Of a stretch of 64,000 nucleotides of DNA, positions 1-10,393 are shown piece after piece. The stretch is from the NCBI GenBank assembly GCA_011364905.1, contig RDNZ01000001.1, positions 96,001 to 160,000 on the forward strand, in the 5' to 3' direction. Both the position numbers and the translations under genes were made by a program. Position 1 is the first letter of the stretch; every line of letters starts with the position of its first letter. Origin of the DNA: Candidatus Thorarchaeota archaeon. GTDB taxonomy: Archaea > Asgardarchaeota > Thorarchaeia > Thorarchaeales > Thorarchaeaceae. The notes beneath the pieces are model-generated. The model saw nothing but the letters and a program-made list of their open reading frames with translations, was not told where the DNA came from and searched no databases.

Positions 1-2
1 TG

Positions 3-257
3 GTTGAACTGAATGAGGCCTTTGCGAGTCAATTCTTGGCAGTCGAGAAAGGACTAAAGCCTCTTGGTTTTGATCGAGAGAAAGTCAATGTGAATGGTTC
101 AGGAATAGGTTTAGGCCACCCAGTAGGTTGTACTGGAGCTCGGATAGTTGTTACACTACTTCACGCGCTTAGGAAACGCGGTCTCAAATCAGGAATGGCC
201 ACGTTATGTGGTGGCGGTGGAGTCAGTACTGCAACTACATGGGAACTGATCCAATAG
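3..257 (+). CDS. Acetyl-CoA acetyltransferase (thiolase), 3' part; truncated by window edge
   Basis: Frame open from the window edge: [25 protein letters not shown] and CGGGG thiolase C-terminal motifs. Confidence 0.93.
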   Translation, partial: VELNEAFASQFLAVEKGLKPLGFDREKVNVNGSGIGLGHPVGCTGARIVVTLLHALRKRGLKSGMATLCGGGGVSTATTWELIQ

Positions 258-263
258 ATTAGA

Positions 264-1061
264 CTACCTTACTCGACGTTTGGCGAGTATAGCGACCAGT
301 ACAACTACTCCGAGAGTAATTCCTATACCGATGATTATGACAGTCTCAAAAAAGAAAGGTGGAGGAGTTGGCGTGAGAGTTGATGGTAGTACATATGCTA
401 TCACTGTGTCAGATGCGGTATTCCCAATATCATCTTCGAGAACAATTGTAATGTTATAAACGCCAAACTGAAGTGATGACAGGGGTACAATAATTGGAAT
501 ACCTGAGGTCCATGAACCTGAAACCATCTCTGTACCATTTCGATAGACTGTATATGTGTCAGGGTCTGAATCACTCGCAATCCAAGTGCAGTTAGCAGTC
601 GGATCACCTGCGAAAAAGATCACAAACAATGGGTGGTTGACTATTGGTGGAGAATAAGCATCAACAACAACTGTAACAAATACTGTTGATGTGGAGTGTT
701 GAGAAAACATGTCATCAAGTAACAAAGTGTAGTTGTAAGCCCCAACACTTAAACCATCTATATTCCAAGTGAGGCTTGTAGGATTGTCTACCATATTGTC
801 AATGAAAATCATCGTACCATCCAAGTACAGTTCTACAGCAGCTAAATTCTCATCAGAATATTCCCAATAGAGAGTATTTCCAGTTGTCCCCTCTACATAA
901 CTCAGATCTGCAGGTTCGGTTGAGATGACTGGAGGACCACTGTCTTGATAGGTTTCATCTAACAATCCAGTTTCAGCAAACCCAATTTCAATCCGAGAAC
1001 AGGCTAGTGTAATCACTAAGAATATGCTTAGAATTATCGGGATATACGATGTTTTTTGCAT
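264..1061 (-). CDS. Membrane-anchored surface protein with two Ig-like repeats
   Basis: Start moved to ATG 1061 (MQKTSYIP, signal peptide). Two ~90-aa beta-rich repeats (PP..HP...W...D...Y.NGT...GxYNxT...D), a C-terminal TM helix and a KRRVR tail. Confidence 0.8.
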   Translation of the reverse strand: MQKTSYIPIILSIFLVITLACSRIEIGFAETGLLDETYQDSGPPVISTEPADLSYVEGTTGNTLYWEYSDENLAAVELYLDGTMIFIDNMVDNPTSLTWNIDGLSVGAYNYTLLLDDMFSQHSTSTVFVTVVVDAYSPPIVNHPLFVIFFAGDPTANCTWIASDSDPDTYTVYRNGTEMVSGSWTSGIPIIVPLSSLQFGVYNITIVLEDDIGNTASDTVIAYVLPSTLTPTPPPFFFETVIIIGIGITLGVVVLVAILAKRRVR

Positions 1062-1186
1062 GAAACTCCAATCTCCTGACGTAAACGCATACCTACCACC
1101 ATTTAGATTTAATGGTGGCTTTCCGCCAAATCTGGGGTTTTGCTCCACCTACATCTTTATTAACAAATGCACTATTGTTAATAATT

Positions 1187-2614
1187 ATGAAGGAGTACGA
1201 TCTCATTGTTATTGGCTCAGGTGCGGGTATGAACATAGCTTCGGACGCATATCAACAGGGACTTAGAGTAGCAGTTATTGAGCATGGACCGATGGGAGGC
1301 ACCTGTCTAAATCGTGGTTGCATCCCTACTAAGATTCTAACATATGTAGCGGATATCATTACACAAGCAAGACATCTGAAGGAACTTGGTGTTGAAATCG
1401 ACATCAGGAAGATAGACTATCCATGGATAATGAGGAGGATGCGAGATGAAGTTGATGGCGACAGTAGGATACAAGGCGAGTCTGTCGATGAAGCAGAGGG
1501 CATTGACTGGTATAAGCAAACCGGAGCTTTCGTAGATGACTACACTCTTGAAATCGAAGGCGAGCAAATCAAGGCGCCTAACATCATCATCGCAGCAGGT
1601 TCAAGGCCACTGGTTCCAAATATCAAAGGGATTGACAAAGTAGCATATCTCACCAATAATGAAGCTCTTCACCTCATGAAACAGCCAAAGTCAATGTTGA
1701 TTATAGGCGGAGGATACATCGCAACGGAATTTGGTCACTTCTTTTCAGCTGTTGGGACCGAAGTCACAATCATTGGAAGAAACAAGTATCTTGTAAAGAA
1801 AGAAGACTCTGATATTTCGGATATTCTCAAGCGAGAACTCTCGAAAAGGATGAAGGTCTACACAAATCACGAAGTTGTTGAGGTCAAGGAAGAAAATGGA
1901 GAGAAGATAATTATTGCAGAGGACAGAGAATCCGGTTTAAAGAGAGAGTTCCGTGGTGAGACCATCCTACTTGCAGCGGGGAGGCAATCTAATGCTGATC
2001 TATTCAAACCCGAGAAGACAGGTGTGAAGGTTGACAAGAATGGCTGGATAATCGTTGATGAACATTTCGGGACAAGCAAGAAGGGCATCTGGTCATTTGG
2101 CGATGCCATTGGCAGATATCAGTTCAGACATGTGGCAAATGATGAGTCACAAATCGTGTGGTACAACTTTGTTCAGACGCTCAATGCTCAGCATCAAGGT
2201 TCAAAACCTGAGCTTCTGACAATGGATTATCATGCCATCCCTCATGCCGTCTTCTCATACCCTCCAATAGCAACTGTCGGAATGACCCTCAAGGAGGCAA
2301 AAGAGTCCAAGAGAAGACTATTGGTCGGTAGTGCAGACTACTCAATTGCTGCCAAAGGATTTGCCATGGGCAATCCCCCCTCATTGGTTCGGGTCATTGT
2401 TGATGCTGATACTCAAAAGATACTTGGTGCGTCAATAATTGGACCTTATGCGCCCATTCTGATTCAGGAGATCATTAATCTCATGTATACGCAAGATGGG
2501 AGCTATCGTCCCATGTTTCAAGCAATTCATATCCATCCTGCGCTGCCAGAGGTAGTTCAACGTGCATTTGGCAGACTGGCACCGATTGATGGAATTCATG
2601 AGCATCACCACTGA
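1187..2614 (+). CDS. Pyridine nucleotide-disulfide reductase (dihydrolipoamide dehydrogenase / mycothione reductase-like)
   Basis: MKEYDLIVIGSGAG FAD motif, GGTCLNRGCIP redox disulfide, GGGYIATE, HPALPE. TTTATTAA TATA box at 1156 suggests a leaderless start at 1187. Confidence 0.9.
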   Translation: MKEYDLIVIGSGAGMNIASDAYQQGLRVAVIEHGPMGGTCLNRGCIPTKILTYVADIITQARHLKELGVEIDIRKIDYPWIMRRMRDEVDGDSRIQGESVDEAEGIDWYKQTGAFVDDYTLEIEGEQIKAPNIIIAAGSRPLVPNIKGIDKVAYLTNNEALHLMKQPKSMLIIGGGYIATEFGHFFSAVGTEVTIIGRNKYLVKKEDSDISDILKRELSKRMKVYTNHEVVEVKEENGEKIIIAEDRESGLKREFRGETILLAAGRQSNADLFKPEKTGVKVDKNGWIIVDEHFGTSKKGIWSFGDAIGRYQFRHVANDESQIVWYNFVQTLNAQHQGSKPELLTMDYHAIPHAVFSYPPIATVGMTLKEAKESKRRLLVGSADYSIAAKGFAMGNPPSLVRVIVDADTQKILGASIIGPYAPILIQEIINLMYTQDGSYRPMFQAIHIHPALPEVVQRAFGRLAPIDGIHEHHH

Positions 2615-2743
2615 ATGTGCTTCACATATTATTAGACAGGTGTAAAGAAACCGTTTTCAAAACCTGTGTGGAACAAAAGGGTAGAGTTAGTTACGAAGGA
2701 CTTTTCTTAATGATTGCATAGTAGCAATTTCAGGTGATTCAGG

Positions 2744-2998
2744 ATGGGAGAAAAGAAAAAAATTGGAGTCATCACAAGGTACTTTCACAAAATCGGGGTT
2801 GCTGCAATCATGCTGGAAGATCAACTAAATGTTGGTAGCAAAATCAGTATCGAAGGAGCAACGACCAACTTCGAGATGACTATTAACTCAATGCAGATTG
2901 ATCGAGCTAATATTGAATCCGGTTCAAAAGGACAGGAGATTGCCATCAAGGTTCCGGACAGAGTACGAGAGCACGATGAAGTTTTTCTAGTAGAGTAG
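2744..2998 (+). CDS. Small EF-Tu domain II-like / U32 peptidase C-terminal-like beta-barrel protein
   Basis: KIGVITRYFHKIGVAAI...I.IEG.TTNF...SMQI...A.KG.E.AIKV..RVRE.D.V pattern; AGGTGA RBS. Confidence 0.75.
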   Translation: MGEKKKIGVITRYFHKIGVAAIMLEDQLNVGSKISIEGATTNFEMTINSMQIDRANIESGSKGQEIAIKVPDRVREHDEVFLVE

Positions 2999-3089
2999 GT
3001 AGAACTCCTCATGTGCGCGTCACTCTATTATTAGCCAAGCAATCATCTGCATTTTTGAAATCGATTAGTATCAATAAGCGATTCTTCAA

Positions 3090-3677
3090 CTAAGGTTTCT
3101 TCATCATTCGTGTGCCATCGCGAGAAATAAGCTCGTCACCCTCGCCTTCCGCCAAATTCTCATATCTGGCCATGACGAATATCAGATCGGAAAGGCGGTT
3201 GATGTATTTGATGAGATCTTGGTTTACTGGCTGTATCTTGGCAAATTGAACAATTCTTCGCTCTGCCCTTCTACAGACTGTTCGAGCAACATGAAGAAAA
3301 GCTGCGCCCTTGGTACCTCCGGGGACAACAAAATTGGTGAGTAGCGGGAGTTCCTCTGATAGTTCATCAGCAACCTGCTCCAAGAAGTCAACATCTTGTT
3401 TGGTAATCCTCTTGAGATCCTTTATTGGGTCGTCAGCATCTAGCGAGTCTAGATTTGTAGCCAATTCAGCATTCACGAGGAAAAGTTTCTGCTGAATTCC
3501 GTGAATATAGTCCGCAATTCGTTTTGATGCATGGACCTTTGCAACGCCTAAGGTTGTACCTAGTTCATCTACGGTCCCATACGCTTCAACACGAGAGTCT
3601 GTCTTATCGATTCGCTCGCCAGATAAAAGACCAGTTTCTCCTTTGTCTCCAGCTCTAGTGTAGATACGTTTTGACAA
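3090..3677 (-). CDS. pduO: ATP:cob(I)alamin adenosyltransferase, PduO type
   Basis: IYTRAGDKGETGL, RVEAYGTVDEL, FVVPGG, LHVARTVCRRAER, YINRLSD; start TTG 3677. Confidence 0.93.
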   Translation of the reverse strand: MSKRIYTRAGDKGETGLLSGERIDKTDSRVEAYGTVDELGTTLGVAKVHASKRIADYIHGIQQKLFLVNAELATNLDSLDADDPIKDLKRITKQDVDFLEQVADELSEELPLLTNFVVPGGTKGAAFLHVARTVCRRAERRIVQFAKIQPVNQDLIKYINRLSDLIFVMARYENLAEGEGDELISRDGTRMMKKP

Positions 3678-3808
3678 GATACCACCAAGTTGAGGTTTAT
3701 CCAAGTCCAAATGATTAGCTTTTCTCTCTATACCTAATATGGAATAAACTGACTTACATGCCCCTTAAATACAACCTCAGTACAAAGTGTTGATTTATCG
3801 GGGTTATT

Positions 3809-5656
3809 GTGATGTCGTCAAAAAGGAAGAAACTTGAACTTGAAGAACTATTAGCTCTGCCTACCAGTTTTTGGGGAGCTTTAGGCAAGATCAGTGACAA
3901 GATTGTCTATATTTCAAATAAGACCGGACCTCCGGAGCTGCATCTGCTTGACTTGGACACTATGAAGTTCTCTCAATTGACTGATGGTAATTTTCCCAAG
4001 AGCCCTGGGGGCTATCATAAATGGGCTCCAGATGACTCTTATGTACTCTTCACTAAAGATCCAATTGAGGGTAATGAAAAATACGATATTTACAGCATCT
4101 CAATTCAAGATGGGAAAATCACTCAACTAACAAATACCCCTGAAAATCGGGATGATTTAGGCGAGGTGAGCCATGATGGTAAATGGATTGTTTTCTCCTC
4201 CGACCGTTCAGGAGGTGTTGCCCAGCTATTCAGAATGAAGGTGGATGGCACTGATGTCATTCAATTGACTGATCATACCCGGCCAGTCGCTTCCTGGTAT
4301 GAATTTTGGATATCGCCGGATGATGAATGGATTGCCTATACAGCAAATGATAGTGAGAATTTAAGGAATCTAGATGTCTGGATTGTGAGAAGTGATGGAT
4401 CTGAGAAGAGGAAAATCTACTCAGCAAAGGATGGCTCACAGGAAATTGCTGCAGATTGGTCAAAAAATGGTTCAAAGCTACTGATTATGTCGGATCATTC
4501 AGGAATTGAACGTGCGGGAATATGCGACTTAGAATCTGGTGAAGTAAAATGGTTTGGCAAAGGAATCAATCCAGAAACCCCGATTGTATTCACACCAAAT
4601 TCTGAACAAATACTAGTTCAACGCGATGCCGATGCAGAAATGAAGCTCATTCTATATGATGTGAAATCAGGAAACGAGATCCCACTTAAGATTCCACCAG
4701 GCTCCGCAGGAGGTCGACATTTTACAGTCGATGGATCTCGGCTTTTAATTGGCCATCAGGATTCCATTCATCGGATGCGCTACTTACTTTATGACATAAC
4801 TAACCATAATTACAAAGAGATTATTCCTGCTGATTATGGACGTTACACACCCGATGACTTTCATCCGGATGAATATATTAGCTACAAATCCAATGGTGTG
4901 ACAATTCATGCTATTCTCTACAAACCAAAGGAATTGCTTCCCAACAAAAAACTACCAGCAATTATAATGCCTCATGGAGGTCCTACGGGGCATTATCCAA
5001 GATTGTTTGATGTATATTCTCAAGTCTTAGTAGACAGGGGGTATGTTATCTTGCTGCCCAATGTTAGAGGATCAACCGGATATGGTGTCGAGTTTAGAGA
5101 TGCTTGTCTAAACGACTGGGGAGGAAAAGACTTGGATGACATTGAAGCAGGTGTAAAGTATCTAAGAAGTCTCAAATATGTCGATCACACGCGAATAGGG
5201 ATAACTGGTGGGAGTTATGGAGGGTATATGACCTTCATGGCTGTAACAAAGAAACCTGACCTCTGGAAGGCAGCATCTGCATATATGGGAATTACTTCTT
5301 TGAAACACCTCTATGATAAGTGCCTTGAAACATATCCTGCGCTCTCGTATTATCTTGAGGAGCAAATGGGAAAACCTGATTCAAAAGAAACACTGGATTT
5401 GTGGGAGGATCGTAGTGCAATCAATTTCGTTGAGAAGATGACAACGAAACTGCAAATCATTCATGGAGAGAATGATCCGAGATGTCCACTTGAGCAAGCT
5501 GAGATGTTTAAGGACAGGTTATTGGAGTTGGGCAAGAAGGAAGTTAAAGACTTCGAGTACATTGTTCTTTCTGACGAAGGTCACGGCTCATTTGACACTG
5601 CCCAACGAATAAGAATGTTCAAGCATCTCGTTGATTATTTCTACAGAGAACTGTAA
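3809..5656 (+). CDS. S9 family (prolyl oligopeptidase / acylaminoacyl) peptidase with TolB-like beta-propeller
   Basis: HGGP, NVRGSTGYG, GGSYGG nucleophile, GENDPRC, EGHG catalytic His. Confidence 0.93.
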   Translation: MMSSKRKKLELEELLALPTSFWGALGKISDKIVYISNKTGPPELHLLDLDTMKFSQLTDGNFPKSPGGYHKWAPDDSYVLFTKDPIEGNEKYDIYSISIQDGKITQLTNTPENRDDLGEVSHDGKWIVFSSDRSGGVAQLFRMKVDGTDVIQLTDHTRPVASWYEFWISPDDEWIAYTANDSENLRNLDVWIVRSDGSEKRKIYSAKDGSQEIAADWSKNGSKLLIMSDHSGIERAGICDLESGEVKWFGKGINPETPIVFTPNSEQILVQRDADAEMKLILYDVKSGNEIPLKIPPGSAGGRHFTVDGSRLLIGHQDSIHRMRYLLYDITNHNYKEIIPADYGRYTPDDFHPDEYISYKSNGVTIHAILYKPKELLPNKKLPAIIMPHGGPTGHYPRLFDVYSQVLVDRGYVILLPNVRGSTGYGVEFRDACLNDWGGKDLDDIEAGVKYLRSLKYVDHTRIGITGGSYGGYMTFMAVTKKPDLWKAASAYMGITSLKHLYDKCLETYPALSYYLEEQMGKPDSKETLDLWEDRSAINFVEKMTTKLQIIHGENDPRCPLEQAEMFKDRLLELGKKEVKDFEYIVLSDEGHGSFDTAQRIRMFKHLVDYFYREL

Positions 5657-5756
5657 TCAGCAATCAATGACTAGTCCACAAGTACATCATTCAGTTGGTT
5701 TTCTTTCAGATCAGTTGCAGAAATGTTAATCTTTTGGAGTTCTGACTGGTCAACTA

Positions 5757-8138
5757 ATGGCGATTGAAAAGCATCGTTCAGCTTGCGCGTTGAACTGCCC
5801 CGACATTTGTGCTTATGTAGTCCATGTTGAGGATGGCAAGATTGTAAGACTGGATGGAGACCCCGAGCATCCATATACACTTGGACGATGCTGCCCAAAG
5901 GGCTACGCACACGTTCTCAGAATGTATTATGATGACAGGTTGCTTTATCCTCAAAAGAAGCAGCCTGACGGGTCATTCAAGCGTATATCTTGGTACGAAG
6001 CCTTAGATGAGATCGCACATAAGATGAAGACCGCCAGAGATGACTTTGGACCACAGAGTGTGGGGATATATTCAGGGTCAGGTAATGATGGAATGGCTCC
6101 CCGATACGCAGCGAGGTTCGCCAATGCATTTGGCTGCAGATTGATACCAGGCATAGTCGAGATTTGTTTTGAGGGAGCATATGAAGGCGCGCGATTCAAT
6201 GTAGGTCCATTCCCTCCACATGAGCTATCAGATTGGGCTAACTCAAAATGCATTGTGATATGGGGAACCAACAAATTCGAATCGAGTATCCACTGCAAAC
6301 GAATCATCCAAGAAGCCATCGATAGTGGTGCGAAATTAATTGTCATTGATCCAAGAAGGACACCCTATGCAAAGGTTGCAGATGTTTATACAACTATAAG
6401 ACCTGGAACTGATGGTGCTTTGGCTTTGGGGATAGCTAATGAAATAATTAGGAGAGACCTCTACGACCATGAGTTCGTTAAAAGACATGTTCATGGTTTT
6501 GAGGAATTCCGAAGCCGCGTATCCGAATATGATACCAGACAGGTGAGTAAAATCACCTGGGTTGAGGAGAGTACAATTCGGGAGATAGCTAGGATATTTG
6601 CTACACATGGACCAGCCCTCATCACAACTGCTCCTGCAGGCATGAATCATTACACTAATGGTACCTGGGCTGCAAGAGCAGTTCATAGTCTCTTGGCAGT
6701 CTGCGGATATCTTGGAGTTTCAGGAGGAGGATTTCAATATCTTTCGTCAGATAACAGTCCCTTTAACGGCGCTGCAGTTGCCTTGCCTGAGCTTCTGGAT
6801 TCTTCGGTGAAACCTGTCGTTCCATCAGGCACATATGTACCAGATTACGTTTTGCGACAGGAGGAAAGCCCGCTTAAGGTGTTTGTAATTCAAGCCGCGA
6901 GTCCGATGACGCAGTGGCCTAACACAAACAAGACAAAGAAGGCATTAGATAAGATACCATTCAAAGTGTGCATTGATCTCGAGATGACTGATACTGCTAG
7001 GCTCTGTGACATTGTTCTTCCAGCGACATTCATTTTCGAGCATCACAACCTTGTACATTCCGAGTTGCATAGAATTGTACAATATGCACCAAAGCTTGTT
7101 GAGCCATTGGGGGAAGCAAAGAGCGAATTGGATATTTGGAGGGGTATCGCTGAGCGAATTGGTATTGGAGATCACTTCCAGCTGAGTGAATTGAATGCGA
7201 TAAGACTAGCCCTTCAGAGTGAGGATTGTCGAGATATAACATTAGAGAAACTAATCGAAAAGCCAGAAGGGATAAGGACACGAAGTGAGGCCATTCCTTT
7301 TTCGGATGGAAAATTCGGAACGCGAACTGGATGGATTCATCTATATTCCTCTGAACTTGAAGAACAAGGATTGGACCCCTTGCCTTTTCATCAGGAACCA
7401 CTGGAAAGTCCAATCTCAACTCCTTGGCTAGTTGAGGAGTATCCACTTATGATGATAACCGGCAGGTTGAGGGAGCGACTTCACTCACAGTATACTACTG
7501 TTGAGATTGGCGGCACTGTAAAGAGCTATGCTCACTGTACGACATGCAAGAAATGTGTTGAAGGATGCCCCGATGAAGCTATCACTTTGACTGAACCCAG
7601 CGTTGATACAATCCAACGGAACGCAGAGTCTGCACCGCAAGAACCTGCAAGACTCAGAAAGAAGCTTGGCGAATTGGTGGGAGAATTAGCTGTACGTGTT
7701 TCTGACGAGCAGCTCCATATTCCGAAGGAAATCACAGGTCTTCTTGTTCCTGTGTGGGACTCCGAAAAATGTATTGGTTGCAGAGAGTGTGCCCTCGATA
7801 TTTGTCCGTACGAGGTAGTGACAGAGCCAATAAGAATACTAACAAGAGAGGATGTTGGTGTACACAGAGCCTTCCTGCGCATGCACCCTGAAACAGCAGA
7901 TACCTTGGGTCTTAGAGAAGGAGATCGTGTTGATGTTGAGTCCAAGCGTGGGACTGTGAAGAGCATGAAACTCGTTTTGACTCCAGATATTGATCCGAGA
8001 GTGGTTTGGTCATCAGACGGGTGGTGGCAGGATGATGGCAATATTAACCTCTTGACCGATGACATGCATACGGCTTTTGGACATACTCCGGGATTCAACT
8101 CAGTCCTTGTCAATGTTAAGAAAGCGCTCCACCAATAA
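5757..8138 (+). CDS. Molybdopterin (bis-MGD) oxidoreductase with an internally inserted 2x[4Fe-4S] ferredoxin domain
   Basis: N-terminal CALNCPDIC...C-KG FeS motif, IRPGTDGALA, TDTARLCDIVLPA, C-terminal ITGR..LHSQ and MHPETA motifs; CTTCKKC...CP and CIGCREC....CP lie between the last two. Confidence 0.9.
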   Translation: MAIEKHRSACALNCPDICAYVVHVEDGKIVRLDGDPEHPYTLGRCCPKGYAHVLRMYYDDRLLYPQKKQPDGSFKRISWYEALDEIAHKMKTARDDFGPQSVGIYSGSGNDGMAPRYAARFANAFGCRLIPGIVEICFEGAYEGARFNVGPFPPHELSDWANSKCIVIWGTNKFESSIHCKRIIQEAIDSGAKLIVIDPRRTPYAKVADVYTTIRPGTDGALALGIANEIIRRDLYDHEFVKRHVHGFEEFRSRVSEYDTRQVSKITWVEESTIREIARIFATHGPALITTAPAGMNHYTNGTWAARAVHSLLAVCGYLGVSGGGFQYLSSDNSPFNGAAVALPELLDSSVKPVVPSGTYVPDYVLRQEESPLKVFVIQAASPMTQWPNTNKTKKALDKIPFKVCIDLEMTDTARLCDIVLPATFIFEHHNLVHSELHRIVQYAPKLVEPLGEAKSELDIWRGIAERIGIGDHFQLSELNAIRLALQSEDCRDITLEKLIEKPEGIRTRSEAIPFSDGKFGTRTGWIHLYSSELEEQGLDPLPFHQEPLESPISTPWLVEEYPLMMITGRLRERLHSQYTTVEIGGTVKSYAHCTTCKKCVEGCPDEAITLTEPSVDTIQRNAESAPQEPARLRKKLGELVGELAVRVSDEQLHIPKEITGLLVPVWDSEKCIGCRECALDICPYEVVTEPIRILTREDVGVHRAFLRMHPETADTLGLREGDRVDVESKRGTVKSMKLVLTPDIDPRVVWSSDGWWQDDGNINLLTDDMHTAFGHTPGFNSVLVNVKKALHQ

Positions 8139-8335
8139 AAGCGACGATTAAGTGTTTTGGAGATAGAGGGAAGTTCAGTCGACTGCGAGAACTATTATCA
8201 GAAAAACAGAACAGCGGCAATAAAAGAGTAGATTGTTCTGCAGAAATATGGGTATTAAGGCACTCGTGATTGATTAAGCCGGAACATCATGGAGAAGTAG
8301 AAAGATTGACTTCTTCTCAAAAATCGAGTCGATTC

Positions 8336-8941
8336 TCATTGGTGCTTTCTCAGTCTTATTGAGTTCCAAGCTAGCAGTCCAACGAAAACCAGTGATCCAA
8401 AAACGGTATACCATTCAATCAGCGGGCCCCTTAGTGTCAGTGCAAATCCAAGACTAGAGAGGGTGACAGCAAGTCCATATATTCCAACGAGTCGGTTGAA
8501 CTTGGAATTCAAAAAGAGCGCAATAGTGATGATGATGAGCACAAAAAAGTTGAGCAAGAAGAAATCGCCAGAAGCGGTCATATGTGGCTCTCCCGTGTTT
8601 TCAGAAAAAACCCCAATAGCCATTAGAGCAAATCCTGAAGCTACACCTAGCACTTGGCCAATCACCATGATTGCTTTCTGAATGTTACTTTCAGTATACC
8701 AGTCCTTCAGACTGAGAAAGAAAGGTACAAGGGTAATGCCTGTTAAGATACAGCCAATATTGTAGAAGTAGCCTCCGAAGGGACTGTGATTGAGGTTCCC
8801 CAAACGACTCAGGTAGTTGGTAATAGGACCATAAGGCTCTGGGTAGAAAGCCCATGAAACAAGAGTGAACACACAATAGAATAGAATGACCAAGAATCCA
8901 CTGATTGTGGTCAATGGATAGTTTCGAATATTAAAACCCAT
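8336..8941 (-). CDS. DUF998-like integral membrane protein
   Basis: Five to six TM helices with NYLSRLG, GVFSE..H and EW motifs. Confidence 0.7.
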   Translation of the reverse strand: MGFNIRNYPLTTISGFLVILFYCVFTLVSWAFYPEPYGPITNYLSRLGNLNHSPFGGYFYNIGCILTGITLVPFFLSLKDWYTESNIQKAIMVIGQVLGVASGFALMAIGVFSENTGEPHMTASGDFFLLNFFVLIIITIALFLNSKFNRLVGIYGLAVTLSSLGFALTLRGPLIEWYTVFGSLVFVGLLAWNSIRLRKHQ

Positions 8942-8981
8942 GGTATTCTAGGTGCAATTCGTCCTAATTAAACTACATTAC

Positions 8982-10241
8982 TCAGAGAACAGGAACAGAT
9001 ATGAGAAATGCCGCGCCTTTTCGCTCCTTCTCATCAAGAAGCTCAATAGTTCCGCCATATGACTCAACAATTCTTTTCGAGAGATAGAGACCAAGTCCTT
9101 TTCCTTCGCCTTTTGTAGTAACGCCTTTCTGGAAAATCTTTGGCCGAATGCTTGGTTCGATACCAGGACCATTATCTCGATATGTGATTATCAGCTGTTT
9201 CTCAACAAGTCCCAACCGAATTGTTACCACTGCGTTCGAGCCAACATAGTCAGCTGTGTTCCGAAGAAGGTTTTCTAACACAAGCGGCAGCAGAATCCCT
9301 GGACGTATATCAGCTGAACGAATGTCAGGTTCAATCACGATGCTGACCTTAGCGGCACTACTAGCCTGCTTAGCCCTGTCAGCCAAAGTCTGAACGGTTT
9401 CGAGAAAGTCGTATTCACTCGCTCGACCAACAACAGAAAATAGCTTGATGACGCGGGACATTCTTTCACTAACAGCAATCGACGTTGAGAGATATGATTC
9501 TTGATCCGGTGGAAGATTCAACTTCTGATGCAATAACTCGACAAGACCTCTCACAATCTGCATATCATTCCCTAAATCATGTGTGAGAACTGATGTGTAT
9601 ACTTCTAGCTCCCGTTGACGCTGCTCAAGGAACTGCTTATGTTCTTCAAGCTCCGATACATAATAATTTACAGACCAATTCAAAATGAGCACAACGAGAG
9701 ACAGAGCCGCCTGGTCAATTATTGGTTCTAACGCTATCATAAAATCGATACTAGGATGAACATTGCAGTAGATGACGAGTCCCAGAGTTTGTCCTGTAAT
9801 GAATACCCCTTCGATCTTAGCACTAAGCCATTGACTACCAAATAAGGCAGCGATAACTGGCCAAATGATTAAGTTCAACGACATCCTCATTGGTGATCTA
9901 TTGAACATCACCAGAAGGAAGAGATAAGGCATGGTTGCCATACTTAAAGTCGTAATCACACCTGCTGCTACGACATACTTGGTGCGGCTTAGGAGATAAA
10001 TAGCAAGGAAAATGCCTGTCGCACTTAAGAAAAGGAGAAGATTACTGAACAGAATACCAAGCCCAATTTGGACAATTGGCAGAACAATCACTATCAACAG
10101 CAGTGCAAATGAAAGAAGACGGGCCTTCATTCTCAATATATCAGAATGGACTAATTCTGATGGCTCAACCAGGATTTGGCGAACTCTCTGAGATATTGTG
10201 ACAGTATTCGAATGAGGTTCGTCATCTGCCATTCTCAACAT
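8982..10241 (-). CDS. Membrane sensor histidine kinase
   Basis: N-terminal TM bundle; THDLGND H-box, ENLLRN N-box, DNGPGI G1, IFQKG F-box, GKGLGL G2. Confidence 0.92.
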   Translation of the reverse strand: MLRMADDEPHSNTVTISQRVRQILVEPSELVHSDILRMKARLLSFALLLIVIVLPIVQIGLGILFSNLLLFLSATGIFLAIYLLSRTKYVVAAGVITTLSMATMPYLFLLVMFNRSPMRMSLNLIIWPVIAALFGSQWLSAKIEGVFITGQTLGLVIYCNVHPSIDFMIALEPIIDQAALSLVVLILNWSVNYYVSELEEHKQFLEQRQRELEVYTSVLTHDLGNDMQIVRGLVELLHQKLNLPPDQESYLSTSIAVSERMSRVIKLFSVVGRASEYDFLETVQTLADRAKQASSAAKVSIVIEPDIRSADIRPGILLPLVLENLLRNTADYVGSNAVVTIRLGLVEKQLIITYRDNGPGIEPSIRPKIFQKGVTTKGEGKGLGLYLSKRIVESYGGTIELLDEKERKGAAFLISVPVL

Positions 10242-10393
10242 ATCCGAATTTTTCAGCGTGAATTCTCACTTAAATAAGACATGTAAGGTTTGGTGGGTTG
10301 TGTTAATGTGTATTTGACTAATCAATACGAAGAGAAAGACGAATAGAGAATGCGTCGTAGATTAGTTGCTATTTTTGGTTTCCATACTCCTCC

